In this document: positions 9,535 through 18,353 of the stretch, piece by piece | How the letters are laid out: each line of letters opens with the position of its first letter | Position numbering within the stretch: the stretch's first letter is position 1 | From: Promethearchaeia archaeon | Lineage (GTDB): Archaea; Asgardarchaeota; Lokiarchaeia; Sigyniarchaeales; SOKP01 | Reading direction: 5' to 3' | Assembly (NCBI GenBank): GCA_029856105.1 | Contig: JAHQWH010000012.1 | Span: 1-62,800 of the forward strand | DNA: 62,800 bases | The notes under the pieces: model-generated | Told to the model about the DNA's origin: nothing | Seen by the model: the letters and a program-made list of their open reading frames with translations, nothing else | Databases searched by the model: none | Translations under genes and position numbers: made by a program

Positions 9535-11197
9535 TATGCCAAATAAATTTGCGTGTGATACTTCAGTAATTTTTAATGGGCAGATTCTTAAATTATTAGA
9601 GGATAATGAGCTAGGAGAGTGTCCTGAAATTTATATTTCCAATATTGTTATCGCCGAAGTTGAGTATAGAACAAATGTTCAAAAAGAAATAGGGTTTTTT
9701 GGATTAAATGTATTAAAACAGTTGAGACAACTTCATGATGAAGGAGAGATAAGGCTTCACGTTGTAGGAAAACGGCCAACACTACAAGAGATAAAAATGA
9801 GTCCGGGGGGGGAGCTTGATGCCCTTATAAGAGACTCTGCTCTTCAAAACAATGCCGTACTTATAACAGCAGACCGAATTCAAGGTGATGTAGGTGTTTT
9901 TGAGGGATTAGAAGTATTATTCGCATGGGAAAAAAAAGCGTTAAAAGAAATCGAACTTTCTTCGCTTAAATTACTAGATTATTTTGATGAAACCACCATG
10001 AGCGTCCATCTTAAACAAGATCTACCACCCTACGCTAAGAAAGGAAGTCCTGGAAACTGGTACCTGCAAAAAATAAGTGAGGACCCCTTAACAACAAAAG
10101 ACATAGAAGATGTCGCGATGGAAATAATTGAAATGGTAAGGGAGGACGAGCGTTCGTTCGTGGAAATAGAGAAATTTGGTGCCGTCGTTGCTCAGTTACG
10201 AGAGTTTAGAATTGTAATAACGCGCCCTCCGTTTTCTAACGTTGTTGAGATTACTGCTGTCCATCCGCTTGTTAATCTCACATTATCAGATTATTCTATT
10301 GATGCTCGATTACATAAAAGATTAGAAAAAGCAGAAGGTATTTTAGTAGCTGGGGCTCCCGGAGCAGGTAAGAGCACATTTTCAGCTGCATTGGCAAATT
10401 TTTATTTAGACCAAAATAAAGTAGTAAAAACTTTAGAAAGCGTCCGAGATTTACAAGTTAGAGCTGAAATTACGCAATACACAAAACTAGAAGGAAGCCT
10501 TGAAAACTCTGCCGATATCCTTCTTTTAGTTAGACCAGATTATACAATATTCGACGAAGTTCGTGTCTTTGAAGATTTTAAGATTTATTCTGATTTTCGA
10601 TTATCGGGCGTTGGAATGGTAGGTGTAGTTCATTCTTCTTCGGCCATCGACGCAGTACAACGGTTTATTGGTCGAATAGAGCTTGGAATGCTCCCGTCAA
10701 TAATAGATACAATTATATTTATTGAAGGAGGTGACATCACTGCTGTTCTAACCCTCAAAATGACCGTTAAGGTACCCCATGGATTTAGAGACAAAGATTT
10801 GGCAAGACCCGTTGTGGAAGTTAGAGATTTTAAAACGGATCGTCTTGCTTACGAAATTTATTCGTTCGGTCAAGATATAGTAATTAATCCAATAAATCCT
10901 ATTGGCCTTAAGGATTCTTTTAAAACCAAAGAGCACTATAAAGGGGGATACCCTACTAAAAAGAGAAAAGAGAAGCGAATTGAGTTAGAGGTTGAAATAA
11001 AAAAGCAAAAAGTAATATTAAAAGCAAAACCGGAATTTGCTAGTAGTAATATTATTGTTTTTGCAGATGATCAGGAAATTTTTACAGGTTCATTGAGTCG
11101 ATCAAGCATTATAACGCTTTCTCTTTCAAACAAAGAAGGAAGAAAAGTTCTAAAAGAATACGATAGAAATAAAAAAATTTATGGAATTTTAAAATAA
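9527..11197 (+). CDS. PIN-domain P-loop ATPase (PINA, MJ1533-like)
   Basis: N-terminal PIN (DTS...E...D...TAD), Walker A GAPGAGKST, RPDYTIFDEVR, GVGMVGVVH, DLARPVVEVRDF. Confidence 0.92.
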   Translation: MINMPNKFACDTSVIFNGQILKLLEDNELGECPEIYISNIVIAEVEYRTNVQKEIGFFGLNVLKQLRQLHDEGEIRLHVVGKRPTLQEIKMSPGGELDALIRDSALQNNAVLITADRIQGDVGVFEGLEVLFAWEKKALKEIELSSLKLLDYFDETTMSVHLKQDLPPYAKKGSPGNWYLQKISEDPLTTKDIEDVAMEIIEMVREDERSFVEIEKFGAVVAQLREFRIVITRPPFSNVVEITAVHPLVNLTLSDYSIDARLHKRLEKAEGILVAGAPGAGKSTFSAALANFYLDQNKVVKTLESVRDLQVRAEITQYTKLEGSLENSADILLLVRPDYTIFDEVRVFEDFKIYSDFRLSGVGMVGVVHSSSAIDAVQRFIGRIELGMLPSIIDTIIFIEGGDITAVLTLKMTVKVPHGFRDKDLARPVVEVRDFKTDRLAYEIYSFGQDIVINPINPIGLKDSFKTKEHYKGGYPTKKRKEKRIELEVEIKKQKVILKAKPEFASSNIIVFADDQEIFTGSLSRSSIITLSLSNKEGRKVLKEYDRNKKIYGILK

Positions 11198-11228
11198 GAC
11201 TTTCATTCCATAAAAATACTTGTTCTAA

Positions 11229-11609
11229 TTATTTGGCTAATGCATTTCGAGCTCTATTTATGTCATCAACTCCGATGACCATCTTGTTTTTTTCAGCTAA
11301 GTAGATTAGGTCAATATTAACACCAACATTGCCTATTTTCCGAGCCATCTTCCCACCAGATCCGGGTTTCCCCGCAACATGGCCAATATCCATGACAAGC
11401 ACTTCACGCACAGCACTTACTTTAAAACCTGCTGATTCGAGCACATAACGAGTAACTGTTTCATCTTCAACCAAAATATGAATGACAGCTTCATCATTAA
11501 GGGGAATTCCACATAATCCTTCCATGTTTATGCCATTTTTGCCTAGAACCTCCCCCATATCAGCTAGTGCTCCAGGACGATTTTCCAAAATAACAGCTAT
11601 ATCTTTCAT
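11229..11609 (-). CDS. Tandem ACT-domain protein
   Basis: ENRPGALA...GINM and KPG...GVNIDLIY ACT repeats. Confidence 0.88.
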   Translation of the reverse strand: MKDIAVILENRPGALADMGEVLGKNGINMEGLCGIPLNDEAVIHILVEDETVTRYVLESAGFKVSAVREVLVMDIGHVAGKPGSGGKMARKIGNVGVNIDLIYLAEKNKMVIGVDDINRARNALAK

Positions 11610-11826
11610 TTTATGTTTTCTCTTATTTTTATTTATTTGATTTATAAATTTGATTCTTGGATGATTTTTTTCTAATGCTTAATTATGTCATCTCCCTATT
11701 TAAGTTTTTTTTTAAATTCCCCTTAAGCGCAATAGATTAAAAGAATAGAGAAATATAATACTTCAGCTTAAGTTATGTTAAAGATACTTATTTTAATAGA
11801 TATTATTTCTTTAATAATACTCCTTC

Positions 11827-11910
11827 TCAATTTTTCGTCAAAACGGCACGAGCCTTTTTTAAGTTACCAAATCCAATAACTATTCTGTTATTCTCAGCTA
11901 AATAGATTAG
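11827..11910 (-). pseudogene. 3' remnant of a paralogous ACT-domain gene
   Basis: Translates to LIYLAENNRIVIGFGNLKKARAVLTKN*, matching the adjacent gene's end LIYLAEKNKMVIGVDDINRARNALAK*; no start codon and an in-frame TAA just upstream. Confidence 0.75.
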
Positions 11911-11952
11911 ATTATTAGATTATACTTTATAATACCTATTTATAAAGAGATT

Positions 11953-12708
11953 TTAATCTTGTTCAATCATTTCTTTTATTCTATCAACTAAATTAGGAAG
12001 AACTTCTCCAATCGGCTCAAAAAATCTCAAATCAGCTTCGTCGTCGTAAGGAGTTTCGCCCATATTTAAAATTATTAATTTTGCGCCATTTCTCCACGCA
12101 ATTCCAGGCATACTTGCCGCCGGTGTTACAACTAAAGATGAACCAATTACAAAAAATACATCCGCTTTTTCAGATCTTCTCATTGATTCTTCGAGTTCGC
12201 CCATTGGTAAAGAATCTCCAAAGTTAACTATACTTGAAATAAGCCTCCCCTCACAATTGGGACATTTTGGCTGATTTTTTCGAACTCTTCCCGTCCTATA
12301 TCCTTGTCCCCATTTCATTTTGTCCCATTCCGCATCTTCAAATGTTAATTTTTTTCCACAATTTAAACATTCCATGAAATATAAATTACCGTGGAGTTCT
12401 GCAAGATTTTCGAAAGGAATCCCAGATTTCGCGTGAAGACCATCTACATTCTGAGAGATTAGGTAATCAAGCTTTCCCATCTTTAACAGTTCTACAATTG
12501 CATAATGCCCTTGATTCGGCCGGACTTGGTCCCAAGGAGGAGATTTTGGAGGTGGGAGGCCTTTGTCGCGACGAGTCCATACTCCATCTGGTCCACGATA
12601 ATCCGGTAGACCGCTATCTGTGCTGATCCCCGCACCGGTAAAAACTACTAAGTTTTTAGATTCGAAAATCCAAGTTGCGGCTAGTTCAATTTTTTCTTCT
12701 TGTTCCAT
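11953..12708 (-). CDS. Sir2-family NAD-dependent deacylase, SIRT6/7-like
   Basis: [30 protein letters not shown], ELHGN, two CxxC, GSSL. The likely start is ATG 12708 (track start 12747). Confidence 0.93.
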   Translation of the reverse strand: [251 protein letters not shown]

Positions 12709-12923
12709 ACAAATAAAATAATTTTTGTAAATAAAAAGGTAATCCATTTAGTTCCTTTTACTATTCTTATAAAAATAGATTTGTTATATTGACGTGTATA
12801 TCCAAATTAATCAGTTACTTTATAAAGGTAAATTCTATTTCATTTTTAGGGAATAATTATTCCTAAACCTTTATATTCACGAAGGTAGAAATATAATATA
12901 GGATAATTTAGGTTGAGTGTATA

Positions 12924-13316
12924 TTGACATATGCGTTAAATTTTAATAAAGATGAGATTATAGGCATTCAAATTGATTACGCAAGAATTAATTTTAAACC
13001 AGAACAGTTAAAATTGATAAAAGCAATAACGAACCTCATTTGTGAGCAAATCTCAATACCTGAACTAGCAATGAGAAGTACTACTTGGTTTTCCTTAAAT
13101 GAATGGCAAAATAAACATAATACGCCAGTTACGGAGATTGCTAATTTCCCTATTTCTGACAAATTAAAAGCGTTTAAGGAAATATTTAACATTGGTAAAA
13201 AACGCTTAAAAAATATGTTATCGTATCCTAAAGAACAAAGCGAAATATTAATTGATATCGCGTTTGAAAGAGCCTTTAAATTTTATTTGGGTTATCTCAA
13301 CAGAATCCATAGATAA
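12924..13316 (+). CDS. Hypothetical protein
   Basis: 130-aa ORF with TTG start in a gene-sized gap; no recognised motif. Confidence 0.65.
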   Translation: MTYALNFNKDEIIGIQIDYARINFKPEQLKLIKAITNLICEQISIPELAMRSTTWFSLNEWQNKHNTPVTEIANFPISDKLKAFKEIFNIGKKRLKNMLSYPKEQSEILIDIAFERAFKFYLGYLNRIHR

Positions 13317-13335
13317 TATCCCCCGTTTCAGATTT

Positions 13336-14070
13336 TTAATTTTTTCTCATTTCCAAGGAAATAATTAAATTCTTTAGATTGTCCTCTAAATTGTAATATT
13401 TTATCATCTCATACGCCCCCTCAATGTCTTTTAAATTAGACAAATTATGAGAATCACATCCAATTGAAACCATAATACCGTTTTTTTTCAATTCATTAAA
13501 AAAGATTTCGTATTTCCGAGAGTAAAAACGAGGATAACTCGAATTAAACTCAATTATTATGTTATATTGTTTTAAAAAACCTAACAAAACATTGAAACCA
13601 CCTAACATAAAAAAAGAAGAGTCAAAATGAGCAAGCCCCAATAGAGGAAATTTATTACTATTACGCCGATCTCTCCTCCAAGTTTCAATTAAGTTTTTAA
13701 TAAAAGCGATTCCTTCAAGGCTTTCAAGGTATTCAAATAAAATTAAATCGAATTTATTGGGATGGACATTATTTATTATATAATTCTCGGAACTGCTTAT
13801 ATCAATCTCGATTCCCTTAAAAAGATTTAATTTTCTATTTTTTTTAAAAATGTAAGCCTGACAGTAAGAAATTTCTTCTAAATACCTTTCAATTTTATCT
13901 AAATTATTAAGTGTGGGTATAATTTTGGATTTCCACGAATTTGAAAAATGGTCAGTAATGCAAATATAATCTAAGCCTAATTTAATGGCTGTTTTTACAA
14001 TTTGATTAATACTGTTCTTACCATCTGAATAAGTGCTATGTATATGTAAATTTAATTTTGGTAAGCTCAT
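13336..14070 (-). CDS. PHP-domain phosphoesterase
   Basis: NLHIHSTYSDG, ITDH, GIE, LAH and GCDSH motifs. Confidence 0.9.
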   Translation of the reverse strand: MSLPKLNLHIHSTYSDGKNSINQIVKTAIKLGLDYICITDHFSNSWKSKIIPTLNNLDKIERYLEEISYCQAYIFKKNRKLNLFKGIEIDISSSENYIINNVHPNKFDLILFEYLESLEGIAFIKNLIETWRRDRRNSNKFPLLGLAHFDSSFFMLGGFNVLLGFLKQYNIIIEFNSSYPRFYSRKYEIFFNELKKNGIMVSIGCDSHNLSNLKDIEGAYEMIKYYNLEDNLKNLIISLEMRKN

Positions 14071-14107
14071 TTTCTCGAAAAAAATTTATTAATTAATTCT
14101 TGAAAAA

Positions 14108-15979
14108 TTAAATACCTACAGATTTAAATTGCCTGTTTCGTTGCCACGACAAAATCCCGCAAAAGAAGAGAGATAATCCAAAAATTATTAGTATTGAAAT
14201 ATAAAGAGCCGTGCCGGATGTACTGGGAATATAGGTAACGGAAGTACCGATAATAAGAATGATATCTTGGATTGATAATAAATTATTGAATAGAAAATAT
14301 ACTATACCAAAAATAATACCACACGCAATAAATTGTATAATTGTGATTACTAAATTTGTAAAATGAATTATTTTAGATCTTTTTTTTCCTAAATCAATGA
14401 TCTGAGCGTTGCCTATATTAATTGCGACCTTTTCTTTATCCATTTTCCTAACGTAAAAATAGGCTAATTCTCTGAGGGGTGTTAAGTCGAGAATTACTGT
14501 CACAATAGTAAATACACACACACCAATCAAAACTCTATTTATTAGTATCAAAATTGGATTCACATATGAAAAGTTATTTATCACCCAAATAAATATTCCT
14601 AATACGGTTAAAAAGAAGAATTTAATACCAGTTAACGTTAAATTAATTGACGATTTATCTGCAATCGTTAATAAATGAAATGCAATTCCAATAATAAAAA
14701 TAACTAACCCTAGAATTAGGGCTTCTATTGAAATAATAACACCCAATATTACGGCAAAAGTCAAAAAACAAATGGTAATAAAAATTGGCAAAAAAGGAAA
14801 AAATGGAGCTTTAAATGGACGATCTAACTCTTTTCTCGTTCGTCTTAATTTTACTGCAGCAAAATTTACAAATGCTAAACCTACGAAATAAATAAAATTA
14901 GTAATTTCAGCAGTAAACCCTATACCAGCGAAAAGTACGAATAAAACGACTAAAATAATAGTGATTAATAAACCTAAAGCAGGCATGTTTTGCCTTTTTT
15001 TCGTTTCCTGAATTTTTTTAGGAATAAACCGATCTCTCGCTAAAGCAGTAATAACGCTGACTGCCGAACCTAACGCGGCATTTATTGCTATTAACGTCGA
15101 AATAATAGCAGCAAGAACCATAAAATAAAATCCAAATGGGCCAAGAACACTTTCAAACACATTAGCTAATAAGACGGGGTTTTCAGTTAATTCAGTTGGA
15201 TTTTCTCCTAAGTTTATCAATGCAATGAAAGTAATCAATAAATATATAATTATTGTCAATAAAATAGCATAAATATTAGTTTTTGGAATATTTTTAGAAG
15301 GATTTTTTAAATCGGGATTTAAATACGCTAAATTTGAAGTTATAGAAGTAAATAAAATAAATAACAATAAAAAAGCGGGTATTATACCTTCAAATTTTAT
15401 TTGAGTAAGAACAATATTTGGATTTGTGAATGGCGTTATTATCAATCCAAATAATATAAAGAACGCAAACATCCCAATTAATACGAGCGTAAATATTAAT
15501 AACGATTTAATTGCGATTTTTTGAGTTCTGAAAATTACTAAACTTGTTAATATTATAGGTAAAATTGCAATTATCGTAATAAGAGTATTGGAAGTTTGAA
15601 TATTTAATTTAATAAAAACCTCGTTAAATACTAAAGCAAAGATTTGCGCTGAAAAGGAACATGTAGCGACGTTAGCAATCCATAAAAAAAAGCCAATTAT
15701 AAACGCTAAGAACCCTCCAATACCTTCCTTACCGAAGTTGTAAGCACCTCCCGCAATAGGTAAACTAGTTGAAAGTTCAGCGTAATTTAATCCAGTAAAA
15801 AATATTAAAATGCCTCCCAAAATTAAACTTAGTAATATACCGGATCCTGCGTATTCGATTCCTAAACCTAATAATACGAATATAGACCCCCCTATTCCAC
15901 ATCCAACACCATATATTATCCCTTGGGACAATTTTAATGTTCTTTTTGGCAGAACTTCTTTAGGTTTAGTCTCATTCAT
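14108..15979 (-). CDS. APC-family amino acid permease with extra C-terminal TM segments
   Basis: GIGGSIF, YAELSTSLPIAGGAY, KNPSKNIP, ALARDRFIP and RPFKAPFFP motifs. Confidence 0.9.
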   Translation of the reverse strand: MNETKPKEVLPKRTLKLSQGIIYGVGCGIGGSIFVLLGLGIEYAGSGILLSLILGGILIFFTGLNYAELSTSLPIAGGAYNFGKEGIGGFLAFIIGFFLWIANVATCSFSAQIFALVFNEVFIKLNIQTSNTLITIIAILPIILTSLVIFRTQKIAIKSLLIFTLVLIGMFAFFILFGLIITPFTNPNIVLTQIKFEGIIPAFLLLFILFTSITSNLAYLNPDLKNPSKNIPKTNIYAILLTIIIYLLITFIALINLGENPTELTENPVLLANVFESVLGPFGFYFMVLAAIISTLIAINAALGSAVSVITALARDRFIPKKIQETKKRQNMPALGLLITIILVVLFVLFAGIGFTAEITNFIYFVGLAFVNFAAVKLRRTRKELDRPFKAPFFPFLPIFITICFLTFAVILGVIISIEALILGLVIFIIGIAFHLLTIADKSSINLTLTGIKFFFLTVLGIFIWVINNFSYVNPILILINRVLIGVCVFTIVTVILDLTPLRELAYFYVRKMDKEKVAINIGNAQIIDLGKKRSKIIHFTNLVITIIQFIACGIIFGIVYFLFNNLLSIQDIILIIGTSVTYIPSTSGTALYISILIIFGLSLFFCGILSWQRNRQFKSVGI

Positions 15980-16043
15980 TTTTTTTCCTTATAGTTTGTA
16001 ATTTCATAATAAGAAAATTTTACGGATTGAAAATTAATTTACC

Positions 16044-17504
16044 TTATGATTTTTCTAGATGGAAGACTCCACTTGCTATTGAGAACCCTCCAGAGATTAT
16101 AAGGATAAGAAAAAGTACGATATCCATATCACCAAGATTCAAAATTCCCATAAGACCGAGTAGTGCTAAAATAATAACCAAAACACCAATTCCGATCAAA
16201 ATCCCACCAAAAAACTTTGATAATCTATAAACTAACGATAAAAATTCTAATCTATGTATTCTACTTTCTTTATCTCTAATTTCTTCTTCTTGAGTATCCA
16301 GATCTAACTTTAGTTTTTGAAGAATAGTCCTAGCATCATTTGTACTTTGGTCTATTACTTCTTTTGCTTTAATAAGTTTATCGTGTTCTATTTGCAAATA
16401 TTCTACTTTTTCTGTGAGAGAGCTTAACCGCCCTTCTCTTTCAACATATTCAAGATTGGAAGATTCAATATCTTCTTTAATGTCTTCTAATCTCTTTTCG
16501 TTAGACTTAAACAAACTCTCTTTACTTATAATTTGTTCATCTATTGATTGTAAATTATCATTTAATTGCTGTATTCGTGATTCAATCTCAATTAAATTTT
16601 GTTGCTTTTCTGTTAGTTGGATTTTATATTTCGCTAGAAGTTCTTCATATGTTTCTCTTTGTTTTTCCATCTCAGGAAATCCATCTCGATAGTCCTGAAT
16701 TTCTTGTTCAACAGTTTTAATTCGAATTTCTTTTTTCTCAATTTGTTCTGATAATAACTTTTTTTCTTCTTCTTTTACTTCAATTTCTTTGTTTGTATGT
16801 TCTAATTCAAATTTGTTTTTTCCTATTGAAACTTTTAGCGTCTCGTTTTCAGCTGTTAGGCTTTTGATTTTTTTTTCTAAAGCTTCAGCATTTTCTTCTT
16901 GTTTTTTAAGTAGATTATCTTTTTCTCGAATTTCATGATTGAGTTTTGAAGTTATTGTTCGTAGTTCTTCTTGTTTAGATACTTTTTCTTTTACACTATC
17001 AGTTAAAACAATCAAATCTACTTGTCTCGTTTCGTAGCTTTTGACTAATTGTTCGTTATTTTTTATTAGTTCTTTATATTCTTCCTCTAAATTATCTTTA
17101 CTCTCTGTAATTATATCTAAACGCTCTTCCAAATTTTTCATTTCTTCGTTCTTACGATTATATCTCTCTTCAAGTGCGTTAATGGTTTCTTCAATTGCAG
17201 CTAAATACTCTTCCTTATCATCTATTTTTTTTGTTATTGATTCTAGTTTTTCTCGCACTTCTCGAATTTTTTCGTCAATCGCTTCATAATCTTTTTTTTC
17301 TATTTCTTTCTTATCCTGTTCAGTTTCACCATTTTTTATTGTGTCAGAAATATCTTCAATACTATTTTCAAACGTTCTAAGTTTCTTATCTATTAAATCT
17401 CTTGAATCTTTAGCCTTTGATAAATACTCTTTATCAATTTTTTCAGCATCCTTTTCAGATTTGTCTTCTGTTTTTTCCGGTTCTTCTTTGATTTCGTTAG
17501 TCAT
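16044..17504 (-). CDS. Long coiled-coil protein with C-terminal TM hairpin
   Basis: About 400 aa of E/K/L/I heptads, then two hydrophobic helices; no ATPase motif. Confidence 0.85.
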   Translation of the reverse strand: MTNEIKEEPEKTEDKSEKDAEKIDKEYLSKAKDSRDLIDKKLRTFENSIEDISDTIKNGETEQDKKEIEKKDYEAIDEKIREVREKLESITKKIDDKEEYLAAIEETINALEERYNRKNEEMKNLEERLDIITESKDNLEEEYKELIKNNEQLVKSYETRQVDLIVLTDSVKEKVSKQEELRTITSKLNHEIREKDNLLKKQEENAEALEKKIKSLTAENETLKVSIGKNKFELEHTNKEIEVKEEEKKLLSEQIEKKEIRIKTVEQEIQDYRDGFPEMEKQRETYEELLAKYKIQLTEKQQNLIEIESRIQQLNDNLQSIDEQIISKESLFKSNEKRLEDIKEDIESSNLEYVEREGRLSSLTEKVEYLQIEHDKLIKAKEVIDQSTNDARTILQKLKLDLDTQEEEIRDKESRIHRLEFLSLVYRLSKFFGGILIGIGVLVIILALLGLMGILNLGDMDIVLFLILIISGGFSIASGVFHLEKS

Positions 17505-17895
17505 ACTAGATTTTTTAATTTAAGATTTTTATTATCATTTTATTAAAAGTAGAATATAAAATTAAATTTAATATTTATTTAAATACAGAAAATTGATTGC
17601 TTTTTGTTCAAATAAATGTTGATATAAATAAATAATCATTTTCTACATCAAACTTAATTTCTTTATAAAATATACTCATCTCGCCTATTTAAACTTTTGA
17701 CTTCATTTTATTTTAGTACTCTATAGTCTCAATTTCGAGCAATAAATTTAAATATGAGTGTCTTTAGAAAGATAAATTTTTTCTGATTTTTTTCATCGTT
17801 AAACTCAGAATTTGTTGCCCCAATTATTATAAAACACTTATTGCTTAGCATAAATTACGATAAAAGCAAAATGGGGGGGAAATTTAGCTAAAATT

Positions 17896-18252
17896 TCAAT
17901 CAACTTTCGGTGGATTTGCGCGTTTATTTCTTTTTTCATCAAAATATAGTATATAATTGTTTCCCAATATATTTTTTAAGTTAGAATGATATTTTGGATT
18001 TCTTTTTTGAATCCATCTCATAGCATGTTTTATAGTCAAGATAAGTCTTTGTTGATCTTTTGATAGCCCTCTTTCAGTTGCTAATTCAGCATGAACCTTT
18101 ATTTTAGAATGTTTAATCCATTCTTCCATTAAATTTAGCACTTTCTCAGGCATATATTTCGATAAATCTTTGATGTTATTCCCAACTGATTTTCTTACGT
18201 AAATTGAAGGATCTTTCCTTAAAATTGTTAGAAATTCTAAGACAATTAATAT
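17896..18252 (-). pseudogene. 5'-truncated DNA alkylation repair (AlkC/AlkD-like, HEAT-like repeat) gene remnant
   Basis: The frame stays open upstream of the track ATG (18153): ILIVLEFLTILRKDPSIYVRKSVGNNIKDLSKYMPEKV, matching the family motif D-x-S-x-YVRxSVxNN-x-x-D-x-SK. An in-frame TAA at 18253-18255 cuts off the rest. Confidence 0.65.
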
Positions 18253-18353
18253 TTAATAATATTATTATTAAATTCTGTAAATATATAATTTTAATATAGG
18301 AAATGAAATAATAATTATTAGGTTAATTTCACCTAATATTTTACGACTAAACT

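Noticed and set aside
16044-17504. Annotation as SMC/Rad50 chromosome segregation protein
   Set aside because: No Walker A/B, signature motif or hinge/hook; it has TM helices instead.
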